Origin: Octopus sinensis
Taxonomy: Eukaryota
NCBI RefSeq assembly: GCF_006345805.1
Contig: NC_043016.1
Span: 22,010,001 to 22,074,000 of the forward strand
Length of the DNA: 64,000 nucleotides
Direction: 5' to 3'
A program made the position numbers and the translations under genes. Shown here in pieces: positions 1 through 11,260 of the stretch. Under the pieces are notes generated by a model. That model was not told the DNA's origin. It made no database searches and worked only from the letters and a program-made list of their open reading frames with translations. Positions within the stretch are counted from its first letter, which is position 1. Every line of letters starts with the position of its first letter.

Positions 1-170
1 ACTGGGCTCGGGTAACATTCTTGTGAAATCCATATATTAATGGTTGGAAATAACCTGGCATTCCTGTACGATGACTCAGCATATCTTTTAGGGTCATATG
101 GTCTGTTCTTTCTTCATCAGTAAACTCAAAATCTTTGATGTATTCTTTTACTGGAGTATCCCATGTAATA
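1..170 (-). CDS. Exon 2 (runs off the window start) of the same beta-lactamase-like gene
   Basis: Acceptor ttttttgtag| at 171/170. It translates ITWDTPVKEYIKDFEFTDEERTDHMTLKDMLSHRTGMPGYFQPLIYGFHKNVTRAQ, containing the family motifs WDTPV and D-x-LSHRTG. The phase matches exon 1 (AA + T = AAT, Asn). Not in the supplied ORF track. Confidence 0.93.
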
Positions 171-196
171 CTACAAAAAAATAAATGTATATGTAT

Positions 197-335
197 TATC
201 ATCATCATCATCATCATCATCATCATTCATCATCATCATCATTTAAAGTCTGTTTCCATGCTGGCATGGGTTGTACAGTTCAACAGGAACTGACAAGTCA
301 GAAGACAGCATCAAGCTCTGCTGTCTACTTGCATG

Positions 336-384
<49 letters not shown>

Positions 385-398
385 ATATACATATGTAC

Positions 399-462
<64 letters not shown>

Positions 463-463
463 G

Positions 464-519
<56 letters not shown>

Positions 520-536
520 GTATATATATATATGTG

Positions 537-580
<44 letters not shown>

Positions 581-583
581 ATA

Positions 584-614
<31 letters not shown>

Positions 615-978
615 ATATATCTATATATATATATAATATATATAGATATATATATTATATATAATAGATATATATATATAATGTGTATGGTGTCTGCATG
701 AAGAGATGTGGGTGTGGAGATGTGTATGTGTCTGTGTATATATACACATGTACATATGTATATATACATATATTTGTGTGCGTGAGTGTGTGTTTTTGTA
801 TGTATGTATGTGTGTGTGTGTATGTGTGTGTGTGTGTGTATGTATATATGTATATGTATTAGGTTGAGGAAAAAGTCTGTGCACCATGTTAAACATTATT
901 TTAACACAGTATTATTTTTTAAATAATGCCATGTTAAAGTAATGCTTAACACGATGCATGAACCTTTTCCTCAACCTC

Positions 979-1020
<42 letters not shown>
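197..1020. repeat. Microsatellite block: (CAT)n, degenerate RTE 3' tail (205-335, minus), long (TA)n and (TG)n
   Basis: Direct reading. It produces the spurious YIYI/HTHT ORFs. Similar blocks occur at ~15600-16150, 26165-26335, 27690-27810, 28345-28560 and 60250-60530. Confidence 0.95.
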
Positions 1021-1023
<3 letters not shown>

Positions 1024-1369
1024 GGATACAATAGAAAAAGTTAAAACCAAGCAAAACTATGGTTAACACGTATCTATATGGGTTTTATTAAGATAGAAAT
1101 AAGAATTGTCCAAGCTGAAACATATATGTATATTAGAGATATAAAAATATAAAAATATATAAATACTAAAAATATTCATGGACATATAAATATATGGATA
1201 TATAAACATAATAATAATGGAATATAGATAAAAATAATAATAGAACATAGCTAAAAACGTTTGTTTTTTAAATTAAAGTATGATATAGAGAAAATAATAG
1301 ACATTAAAATGAGATACCCCATAAGATACGCCATATAAATCCGAATAATATTGATAAAACAAAAATTAT

Positions 1370-1800
1370 ACATAGGAATGCAAAAACCTGTAATTGTAGG
1401 GGCCCTGAATTATGTCCACTCACTGGTTTCTGTTTATGTAAAAATGTAATCTATAAATGCAGTGTGGCAAATAACAAACATCAAGTTAGAGTATATATAA
1501 GAAGCGCTATAGACTTTAAGAGACGGTACAGAACATGTCTAAATTCTTTCAATAAGTTAAAATATAAAATCTCAATGGTATAAGCTAGATATATACATGA
1601 CTTAAAATTACAGAATATTAATTATAAATTATCTTGGTCTATTATAGATGAGGCCCCACCATACAATACGATTACGGGCAGATGTAGAATGTGCATAAAA
1701 GAATCATACAATATCCTTCACATGTATAATTCCACTGTTTTAAATAAGTTTTCTGACGCTATTCATTCATGCAACCATAGATGCTACTCAACTTTCTTGA
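1370..1800 (+). mobile_element. Penelope-like element GIY-YIG endonuclease fragment (degenerate)
   Basis: Manual translation with stops: KTCNCRGPELCPLTGFCLCKNVIYKCSV...FKRRY...SF...LSWSIIDEAPPYNTITGRCRMCIKE...LNKFSDAIHSCNHR. This is the CNCR..CPL.G.CL..VIY, FK.RY and C.LC..E pattern of PLE endonucleases. Confidence 0.8.
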
Positions 1801-2859
1801 GAGGATTTAAATCTGAATCCACTTAGCAATAACCCTAGTAATTTCTGTTGCACAACTGAACATCCTACCACTTATAACAATATAATGCCAATACAAATAT
1901 AAATTTTAAGAAAGACAGTAAGCAATCTAATTTTACTCCCATCAGCCCTCATAAAGACTTCCATTATTTGCATAGCTATATCCACTCTTCTATAAAAGCA
2001 TCCAATTATCTCATACCTTGGTAAAGAACTGAATGCATATCTAGCGTAAACATCATTTTTCCCTGATGAAGGAGACATTCTCTGAAAATAAATATTAAGA
2101 TTCATTTACCATTTTGGATGAATGAACTCCAGAAACAATCATTCGAATACTTTATTTTCTTCTAACATGTAAGCCCAAACTCTTTTTAATGCCTATTATT
2201 TCCTCTATATTATACTCTAATTTAAAAAAAAAATGTTTTTTAATCTATATTCCATTATTATTTTTATCTATATTCCGTTATTATTATGTTTATATACTCA
2301 TATATTTATATGTCCATGTATATTTTTACTATTCATATATTTCTATATTTTTATATCTCTAATTATTATTTTTATCTTAATTAACCCATTTAGATATTTG
2401 TTAACTGTATTTTGCCTGATTTGAACTTTTTCTATTGCATCCATTATACTTATCTACACCTCAGGTTCAACTTGAGCACTTCTATGCTGTCTTTGTGTTT
2501 CAAAAGAAAATTATAACTATATATATATATATAACGCAAATAAGAAGATAAAGAAAGACTTCAACATCTTTAATGATCAGTTACAATTGTTTCTGCACCA
2601 ACTTTCCTTTCAACACAGTTCATGCAAAAGCTCCGAGTGAAAATTTATATATTTGTAGTTTTAAACATTAGAGTGACTTTGCTTCAGTCTTGCATCAAAG
2701 GTAGGCTCTTACATTGTGCCTCTATCATTGTGTTTTTGCTTATATTGGGAAGAAACAAGTAAATAAAGATGAAAATGTAAATAACTGTGCCAAGATCGAC
2801 AGGCAAGTACAGTGTCAGTGCCAAAGTAAATAAAAGTATGGTTAGGGAATGAAGAAGCA

Positions 2860-2923
2860 GTAGAAGAGGAAGGAGATGAGAGAAAGAGGAGGAGGAGGAG
2901 GAGAAGGAGGAGTAGAAGAAGAA

Positions 2924-2954
<31 letters not shown>

Positions 2955-3010
2955 AAGAAGAAGAAGAAGAAGAAGAAGAAGAAGAAGAAGAAAGATGATG
3001 ATGATGATGT
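2860..3010. repeat. (GAG)n/(GAA)n/(GAT)n trinucleotide tract
   Basis: Direct reading; source of the poly-Leu ORF 2709-3062. Confidence 0.95.
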
Positions 3011-3029
3011 AAAACAATATTACAGGGAA

Positions 3030-5848
3030 ATTAGCAACAGCAAGATAGAAGTAAAAAGCCACCTAAGACTGGGGAAATGGAAGAGTTCTGGAAGAAGATA
3101 TGGAGCAACAAGAAAGAATATAATGATAAAGAAGACTGGATAGAGCATGAGAAAGTGAGACTGAATGAGTTGAAGAGCAGAAATGGGAGGCCATAGGAGA
3201 AGAGCTAAGATGTGTTCTTAGAAAGTCTCACAAATGGAAAGCCCAGGACTAGACCAGATCCTTAACTTCTGGCTGAATTGTTTGACAGAAGTACATCAAA
3301 ATTTTGCTGCATCCCTAACTGATGTCATCCAGAACCCAGAGCAAATACCTGCCTGGCTAAAAGGAGGAACAATATACCTTCTACCAAAAACTGAAGGTAC
3401 AAAAAATTCAAAGAACTACCAATTACATGTCTCAAAACCACCTACAAGATTCTTAAATCTATACTAACTGAAAGAATATACGCTTTCCTGGACAGAACTC
3501 TATCCTTCCACAAGCTCAAAAAGGTTGTAAAAGGAATTCTTATAGATGCAAAGATCAATAACTCATAAATAAAATGATTGTAGAGAATTGCTGGAGTAAC
3601 AAGAAAAACCTAAGTATGGCATAGATAGACTACAGGAAAGCATTTGACAGTGTCCCCTCATAATTGACTACTCAAGGCCCTTGAGATGTATAAGATATCT
3701 CCTGTCATCTCCAAATTCTTACAAAGTAGCATGGTCAAATGGAATACACTTCTCCTTCAAAACGATAGTAATAGGATGAGCCAATCTAACAACATCAACA
3801 TCAAATGAGGGATCTTTCAAGGTGACTCCCTCTCCCCACTACTCTTTTGCATGGCACTGATCCCACTCCCAAACAAACTGAGTAACACCAGGTATGGGTT
3901 CAAAATGTATAATATTATAGTAAATCATCTGTTTTATGCGGATGATCTGAAGCTGTTTGCTAGAAATAACAAAGAGTTAATAGGGTTGTTAACAGCTGTT
4001 AAGGAATTCAGTAATGACATCGGGATGGATTTTGGCCTTGATAAGTGTGTTAAAGCAAGTTTTGTGAGAATAAAGCACAAGCAAACAGCTTTCATTAAAT
4101 TAGATACCAATAGCATACCATATATACAAAAATACTTTGAAAATATGACAAAAATAGCTAAAAATTTTGCAACAACACTAATGATATAAAAATTACTTTT
4201 ATGGAACAGAAAAAAAAATATCATTTACATCATTCATGGAGCAAAAATTCAGGAAACAGAAATATTTACATTCCAAAATATATACAAATCAGACAAAGCA
4301 GATCCTTCCACAATGGAAGTAGCTTTGCACAAGGAAGCTATAAATACCTGGGGATAAATGAAGGAGACAGTATGCAACATGCTACTATGAATGAAGAAAT
4401 ACGAAAGGAATATTACAGAAGAATACGACTCATACTAAAAACTGAACTCACCTCCAAAAATCACAGCGAAACCATTAACACCCTGGCACTTCCAGTAGTT
4501 AAATACAGTTTTAACATCATTAACTGGAATCTTACGGAACTCCAATGCTTGGACAGGAAGACAAGAAAATTACTAACATCTAAGATCATGCACCGCCCAA
4601 AAGCAGACGTTGATCATCTGTACCTACCTAGAAGTAATGGGGAAAGAGGAATGATGCAGGTAGAACTGTGCTAGAAGACCTCCACAATAGCAATGAACAA
4701 GTACTTATCTAGTACATAGGACTGGATACTGTGCCTTGTGTGCAAACACGAAAGCAGCAAAGAATCACATTTTATTGTCAAGGAAGCTTGCAAATGTGCA
4801 AGGAAACTTGGTATTAACCCTGAATTACATGAAGAACCTGAAACGACTACCACGAAAAAAAGCAAAATGGATCAAATAGACTGCAAAAAAGAATGAGCAG
4901 AAACAAACTGAGGAGTGGTGGAGCCAGAAGCCTCTGCAGGGACAGTATATACTTTGAAGCCGAAATGCTAATGTAGACCAAGCAACAGCCCATCAGTGGC
5001 TGAGAAGCTCAGGACTCTGAAAGCAAAGACTGAAGGTTTCATATTAGTGGCACAAGATCAAAGCTTGCTTCCAAAAACTACCAGGCTAACATTCTTCAAA
5101 ATGGTTCTGACCCTAAATGTAGATTTTGCGATAAATTTGATGAAACAATAGACCATCTTGTCTCGGGATGTCCTGTGCTGACATCAATCAAATACAAAAA
5201 TCACCTCGATAGGGTAGGACAGTATTTACATTGGAAAATATGTAAACACTACAAAATCAACATTCCTGCTTACTGGTATGAACATTATCCTGAGCCACTA
5301 TCCTCTGGGATTTTCTAGTCGACACCGACAGAACAACCCAAGCCAATCAACTAGACATAGTCATTAAAAGCATGAGAAGAAATTACTTGTAGACTAATAG
5401 ATGTAAGTGTTCCCACTGATAAAAATATATTTGTAAAGGAATTTGACAAATTAAGTAAATACAAGGATCTGGAAATTGAAATACAAAAATGTGGCATCTT
5501 AAAGCAAGAACTGTTCCTGTTATTGTGGGTGTCCTTGGTATGACAAGAAAGGGATGTCAGAAACATCTAGAAAATATACTAAAACTATGTCTCAGAGAAA
5601 CCCAAAAGATTGTGCTGACAAGAACTCAGCCCACATCCTCAACAAACCCTATCAATTTAAATGTCTGTGTTGTATTACATGAAGATATTACGCTACTGCC
5701 CCTGCCACTTCCCCTCCCCAAACTTTCAGTCATACTGTAACATCTTTTATCCTTCATTTACCCTAGAATACTGGGTGTGTCTCAGCCAGTGATTGTAACA
5801 AACATGCAGATTAAAAGTAAATAATAATAATAATAATATATAATAATG
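3030..5848 (+). mobile_element. 5'-truncated, frameshifted R4/Dong-type RLE non-LTR retrotransposon
   Basis: RT motifs KGCKRNSYRCKDQ, DYRKAFDSVP, GIFQGDSLSPLLF, HLFYADDLKLFA and YKYLG. C-terminal CRFCDKFDETIDHLVSGC zinc knuckle and RLE motif DIVI...IDVSVP.DKNIFVKEFDKLSKY. It ends in a (TAA)n tail at ~5818-5848, as known for Dong/R4-clade elements. Confidence 0.88.
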
Positions 5849-6534
5849 ATTTGTTTATTAATTCCAAAACATTAAGAACAGAATAGGACAAAACATTTGG
5901 CTCCTTATCTACGATTTACACATGCATACTCAGGGCAGGCCCATTCACTCACAGTATTCTCACCTCTCTCATCCACCTTTCAACAAAATGGCAAGAAGAC
6001 AACACTTCCCTCTCCACCCTTATTTTCCTCTTCAAGTGAAACTTGAAGAAGTTGATGAGAGATTGACCAAAGAACCTTTTCAATCTTATCCACTTTTGCC
6101 TTAGCCACCAGGATATAAAAACTGCCTACTCTTCCTGGTTAAAAGAAGATAGAAAGGCAATCTTCATGATGGATTTAGTTGATAGCTGGATCTGTTCTAG
6201 AAAATAAACAGCTACATTAAAAACAGATGCTTCACTCACAAAAGTACTTTGAAAATATGATAAAAATAACTAAAGATTCTGCAATAGAACACTAATGATA
6301 TAAAAGATACTTTTATGGAACTGAAAAAAAATATCACTTACATTATTCATGGAGCAAAAATTCAGGAAACACAGAAAAAATTACATTCTAAAATATATAC
6401 AAATCAGACAAGGCAGATCCTTCCGCAATGGTAGTAGCCTTGTAACATAAATAATAATTTGCATTTTAATATACAAAAGTCATAAATAACATTTATAAAC
6501 TAAAAAAATTTTGTTACAGTAGAAGCATAAAGTA

Positions 6535-7890
6535 CACCATCATCATCATCGTCGTCGTTGTTGTGGCCATCATCATCATCATTATCATCACCATTTAATG
6601 TCTTCTTTCCATACTAACATGAGTTGGACAGTTCAACAGGAACTGGTAAGCTGGCAAACTGTGCCAAACTCCAATGTCTGTTTCAGTATGGTTTCTAAAG
6701 CTGGATGCTCTTCCTAACATCAACCACTTTACAGAATGTACTGAATCCTCTTTTTTTTACTTAGAACCAGCAATGGTTAGGTCTGCAAGTAACTCACAAG
6801 ACTCCTCGATTAAGGTGGCGAGTAGTACTGAGGGAAATGGCATGCCAGGTGATTAGAGGTTAAAGTATGGTGTTTGCTGTAGGAAAGACACATGGTTATC
6901 CCAGTTGGGAGAGATGGTAGTGAAGATGTATTACAGCACACCTTCAAGATACAGGAAGGTATAGGTAAAAGAAGAAGCGCAAAAGGTTGGACAGAGTGAG
7001 CGGGTAGATAATTACGTTAGTAAGAGGAGTGGTGGCTGGATAGGAAGTAATGCAGCAAGTGATGAACATGGGAAGGAGCATGGTCAATCATGAACATTAG
7101 TAGGGGAGAAAGGTGACAGATGTAGGAGTAGTTCAGGCTGATGTGTGGGATTGGGGCAAGAAAAATGCACTGTGCCAGGAATGAAGTCAGAAGTACATAA
7201 GGATGGAAATAGTAGGAGACGAATAGAGGTAATTAGATGGGTGTACTATTAGCAAAATGAAAATTGTAAAGGGAGAGGGTGAAAGTGGTATTCAGAGGAA
7301 AATAGAATAGCAATGGAAGATACTGAGTAGGACCTTGTTTTTACTTAGATAGATGGATCTTCCCAAAGACAGAAATCACTAATATGCTCAGTCCTTTGTC
7401 ATCTCCACCACAAGGCTCAACAGCTGCAGTTCATTCTTCACAATTTCATTTCACATGTAACTGAACCTGTCTTTCACAGGTTCCATCTACATTTAGCAAC
7501 TGGCACTTCTTTATGCAGTTCTTTATGCACATCCATGCCATTGCAATCTGCTCTCTTGCACATTTCATCTGATGCCTCTTTTGCCCAATTTTTTATTTGC
7601 ACTTTGTCATGCAAGCACACTGACATTGTGCATCCAGTAGAGCATTCTAGCTTCGTTTCTTTCTAGCCTTCACATGTCCTCTACATGAACAGCCCATGTT
7701 TCACCACCATGTAACATAGATGTTCGTACATAAGCACTATTCAATCTACCTTTCACACCAAGAAGGTAACCTTTTGCTATCAATGAAAGTATAAGCTCTC
7801 TGAAGTTTTCCAGACAGTTCTTATTCTAGCAGCTATACTCTCAGCAGCATCCTCCACTGCTAATTACATCAACTATATCTCAGAAACAAT
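6535..7890 (-). mobile_element. Degenerate RTE-clade LINE 3' portion with (GAT)n tail
   Basis: The minus strand at 7350-7880 gives KGRL..AYVRTSMLHGGETWAV..ED..RLERNEARML.W. The left end carries the family tail ggaagagcatccagc...(gat)n. Confidence 0.65.
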
Positions 7891-8543
7891 CTACTACCAC
7901 AAAGGACTCTCCTGGGCATTCAAGGAAATCTATTTCTTGTGTATTCTTAGTGTTTATTATTCTTGCATATCTGCTACTCACAAAGACCATTTTCTCTATT
8001 AACCTTTCTGAGACTCACTGCACCTCTAATATGTTCATAATTTGCTCTGGGTACTCTGGATGGAATCTCTACCTACACATTTTCTACATATCGAACAGGC
8101 CCATTTCCTTGAAAGGATTAGTGGTTTATCACTTTCTTCTTCTTACAATAATTTTGTTCTCTCTTAGTTAACTTTAAGGCACTTTGGTTCGAAGTTTTGC
8201 TTCCACAACTGAAATTTCTTTTTCCTTAACATTAATATAATAAATAAATAAATACATTGGATTGCAAATACATACCCTTCAAAGTAGGAAGTAGTAAACT
8301 GACTATTGGTCCATGGTAGACTGCTTTGATTATAATGATACTATCATCTTGAAGCTTTCTAACATATCCATGCATAGTCTTCTGCTTGTATATGCTCATC
8401 CTTTCATCTGATGATACATTGTGGTAGAGTTGTGCGACTTCTTTGGGTATGTATTTAAGGTTATCAGACAAGGAATGTTGCTCAAGGAACTGCCTTCAGT
8501 CTTATGATGTTATCAGCGTCATTTATGCGGACTAAGTCAAGGA

Positions 8544-8917
8544 ATAGGCGCAGGAGTGGCTGTGTGGTAAGTAGCTTGCTAACCAACCACACGGTTGCGG
8601 GTTCAGTCCCACTGCGTGGCATCTTGGGCAAGTGTCTTCTGCTATAGCCCCGGGCCGACCAATGCCTTGTGAGTGGATTTGGTAGACGGAAACTGAAAGA
8701 AGCCTGTCGTATATATGTATATATATGTATGTGTGTGTTTGTGTGTCTGTGTTTGTCCCCCTAGCATTGCTTGACAACTGATGCTGGTGTGTTTATGTCC
8801 CCGTCACTTAGCGGTTCGGCAAAAAGAGACCGATAGAATAAGTACTAAAAGGTGGTGCTCCAGCATGGCCGCAGTCAAATGACTGAAACAAGTAAAAGAG
8901 TAAAAGAGTAAAAGAGT
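8544..8917 (+). mobile_element. Full-length tRNA-derived SINE (octopus OK/OR-like)
   Basis: A-box-like tggctgtgtggtaag, B-box-like ggttcagtccc, central ttgggcaagtgtctt block, internal (TG)n and 3' tail gactgaaacaag(taaaagag)3. Four near-identical copies occur elsewhere in the window. Confidence 0.9.
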
Positions 8918-9000
8918 ACATGCACGCACACACACACATATGAATGTCACATCATATCCCTTTGGCAACATCTTTTAACCACCAAGTGTCAAAGTGCATC

Positions 9001-10021
9001 CCTTGACTTAGTCCGCATAAATGACGCTGATAACATCATAAGACTGAAGGCAGTTCCTTGAGCAACATTCCTTGTCTGATAACCTTAAATACATACCCAA
9101 AGAAGTCGCACAACTCTACCACAATGTATCATCAGATGAAAGGATGAGCATATACAAGCAGAAGACTATGCATGGATATGTTAGAAAGCTTCAAGATGAT
9201 AGTATCATAATAATCAAAGCAGTCTACCATGGACCAATAGTCAGTTTACTACTTCCTACTTTGAAGGGTATATATTTGCAATCCAATGACAGGAAATGTC
9301 AACCAAATATTTGATGCACAAAAGGGATAGAGATGCAGGAAAAGCAATAAAATGTGACAACTAATGCAGATTTTGTGGAGTTAACATTGAAGATAACACC
9401 CATATCATAAGCAGTTGTCCAAAAATGTCATCATATTACCATCTACCAATGAGACATGATGTTGTAGCTAGAACACTCTATAATGAAATCTGTCAGAAGG
9501 ATAACCCTGAGGACAAAGAAATAAGGACCCACAGTATGGTAGAAGCCACTCATAATAAAAAGGAATACTAGTGGAATGTACCAGTGAAACCTCAATAAAA
9601 TGTAAACACAACACATCTGATATTTGGGATAGAAGAGAAACTGTGTACAGTTGTGGAAATTAGCTACCCAACTGATGTTAACATAAAGCTGAAGATCAAT
9701 GAAAAAGAGAATACCTACGCTGAACTTTTGAGAAATCTGCAGTTACTCGATCCAGATTACAAGTTCAGGTTTAAACCTGTAATTATTGGAACACTAAGCT
9801 ATGTAACACACTGCCTAAATACCAATCTTGAGAAAATAGGCTTCTCAAAACCAGAAAGAAGAGAGCTGATTTGAAGACTACAAATTAAAGCCATCACTGG
9901 AATTGTAAAAGTCTGTAAAACTTTTCAGAAGTTTATCATTTAAATATATATGAGCATGTCTATATATGCAACTATAAGTATGAGAATACATATATAAAAC
10001 AAAACATGCATACCTGCACAA

Positions 10022-10052
<31 letters not shown>

Positions 10053-10275
10053 CATACATACATACATACACACACACACTGACACACACACATACATACA
10101 TACATACATACATACATACATACATACATACATACATACATACATACATACATACATACACACATACAAAAATACCCTGTTGTTCATGTTGAAATTCCAA
10201 TGAGGGTGCCTTGGATCTAGGTTAGAAACCAGCTCTTTTTCTATTGGCAAAAAATCTTGAAATAAAACTGAATAA
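9001..10275 (+). mobile_element. 3' fragment of a second RLE non-LTR family (R4/NeSL-like)
   Basis: CPKMSSYYHLPMRHDVVA (knuckle plus RHD) and RLE tail IWDREEKLCTVVEISYPTDVNIKLKINEKENTY. The 3' UTR has an internal (TACA)n followed by a unique ~110 bp ending in AATAAA. A homologous copy lies at 36514-37212. Confidence 0.75.
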
Positions 10276-10294
10276 TGATATACACACACACACA

Positions 10295-10336
<42 letters not shown>

Positions 10337-10369
10337 TACATACATACATACATACATACATACATGATG

Positions 10370-11260
10370 GTTGTCCACTCTTGTACCAAGGAAGACCATC
10401 ACTGACCATTAAGAACATTGTGCATTCAGACAAATTTATACTTTACACTTGTTGCTCCACTGGTAACTAATGAGCCCATTTATTGATAAGCATACACATA
10501 TACAGATTTTGCAAGTAAAGATGCCCCCATTCACTATACTCGCTGTGCATTTTCATGCAACTCACTTAACTTCTGCATGAAAAATGAATGGTTTTTTTTA
10601 AATACCTCCCTTTGTTTGTTTCTTCCAAAAGTATGGGTTTCCTCATTTTCTTTCTAATTCTCCTATTCATGGTGTTGCATTGCTGACTTGCTTCTAACCC
10701 ATTAGCTTGAACTTCCTCAGTTCCATTTTAAATTATGTAGCACAAAGATGTCATCAGTGACCTGTGGTTTTTTTTTCTTTCCCCTTCTCCATAACATTAT
10801 AGAGCCATTTCCTGAAGTGCTTCCAGAAAGAAAAAGGGCTGCAAATCTGCCACCCATTGTCACCTCAAACACTGCCACAACCCTGAGATCTTTCAGCTTG
10901 TCTACATCAAATTGAATATGTGTAGCTCTTTTCTTATAAATCATTTTCAGTTTGAACCTCATTGTCATTAGGACCAACCATGGCCACTTGATATTTGCAT
11001 CAGAGAAAATACTAGTCAATGCTGAACTTTAACTTGCAAGGATGAAGTCAAATTAGTTATGAGTTCTGCCACTGGGTTCATGCCATGGTTGTTCTTTGTG
11101 AGGTTTTCTGTTTATCACAATTGAATAGGCAGGTAGTGAACAGTGCATATGTGGATCAGAGGTTAAAGGACCATATTTGATGTCATAAAATATGCATAGG
11201 TATATTAGATATACACTGTAATTTCAGCAGTGCATATTCAGGAAAAAATTTCTTGAGTAT
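10370..11260 (-). mobile_element. Degenerate RTE LINE endonuclease-RT linker fragment
   Basis: ORF 10717-11019 (HIQFDVDKLKDLRVVAVFEVTMGGRFAAL) resembles the RTE linker FDL.KLKD...F...GG.FA.L. Confidence 0.55.

Noticed and set aside
185-896. YIYI/HTHT/CVCV-type ORFs here and throughout the track
   Set aside because: Translations of (TA)n, (CA)n and (TACA)n microsatellites.
8544-8620. tRNA gene
   Set aside because: A/B boxes are present but there is no complete cloverleaf, and it continues into the SINE body and tail; the same holds for the other SINE heads.
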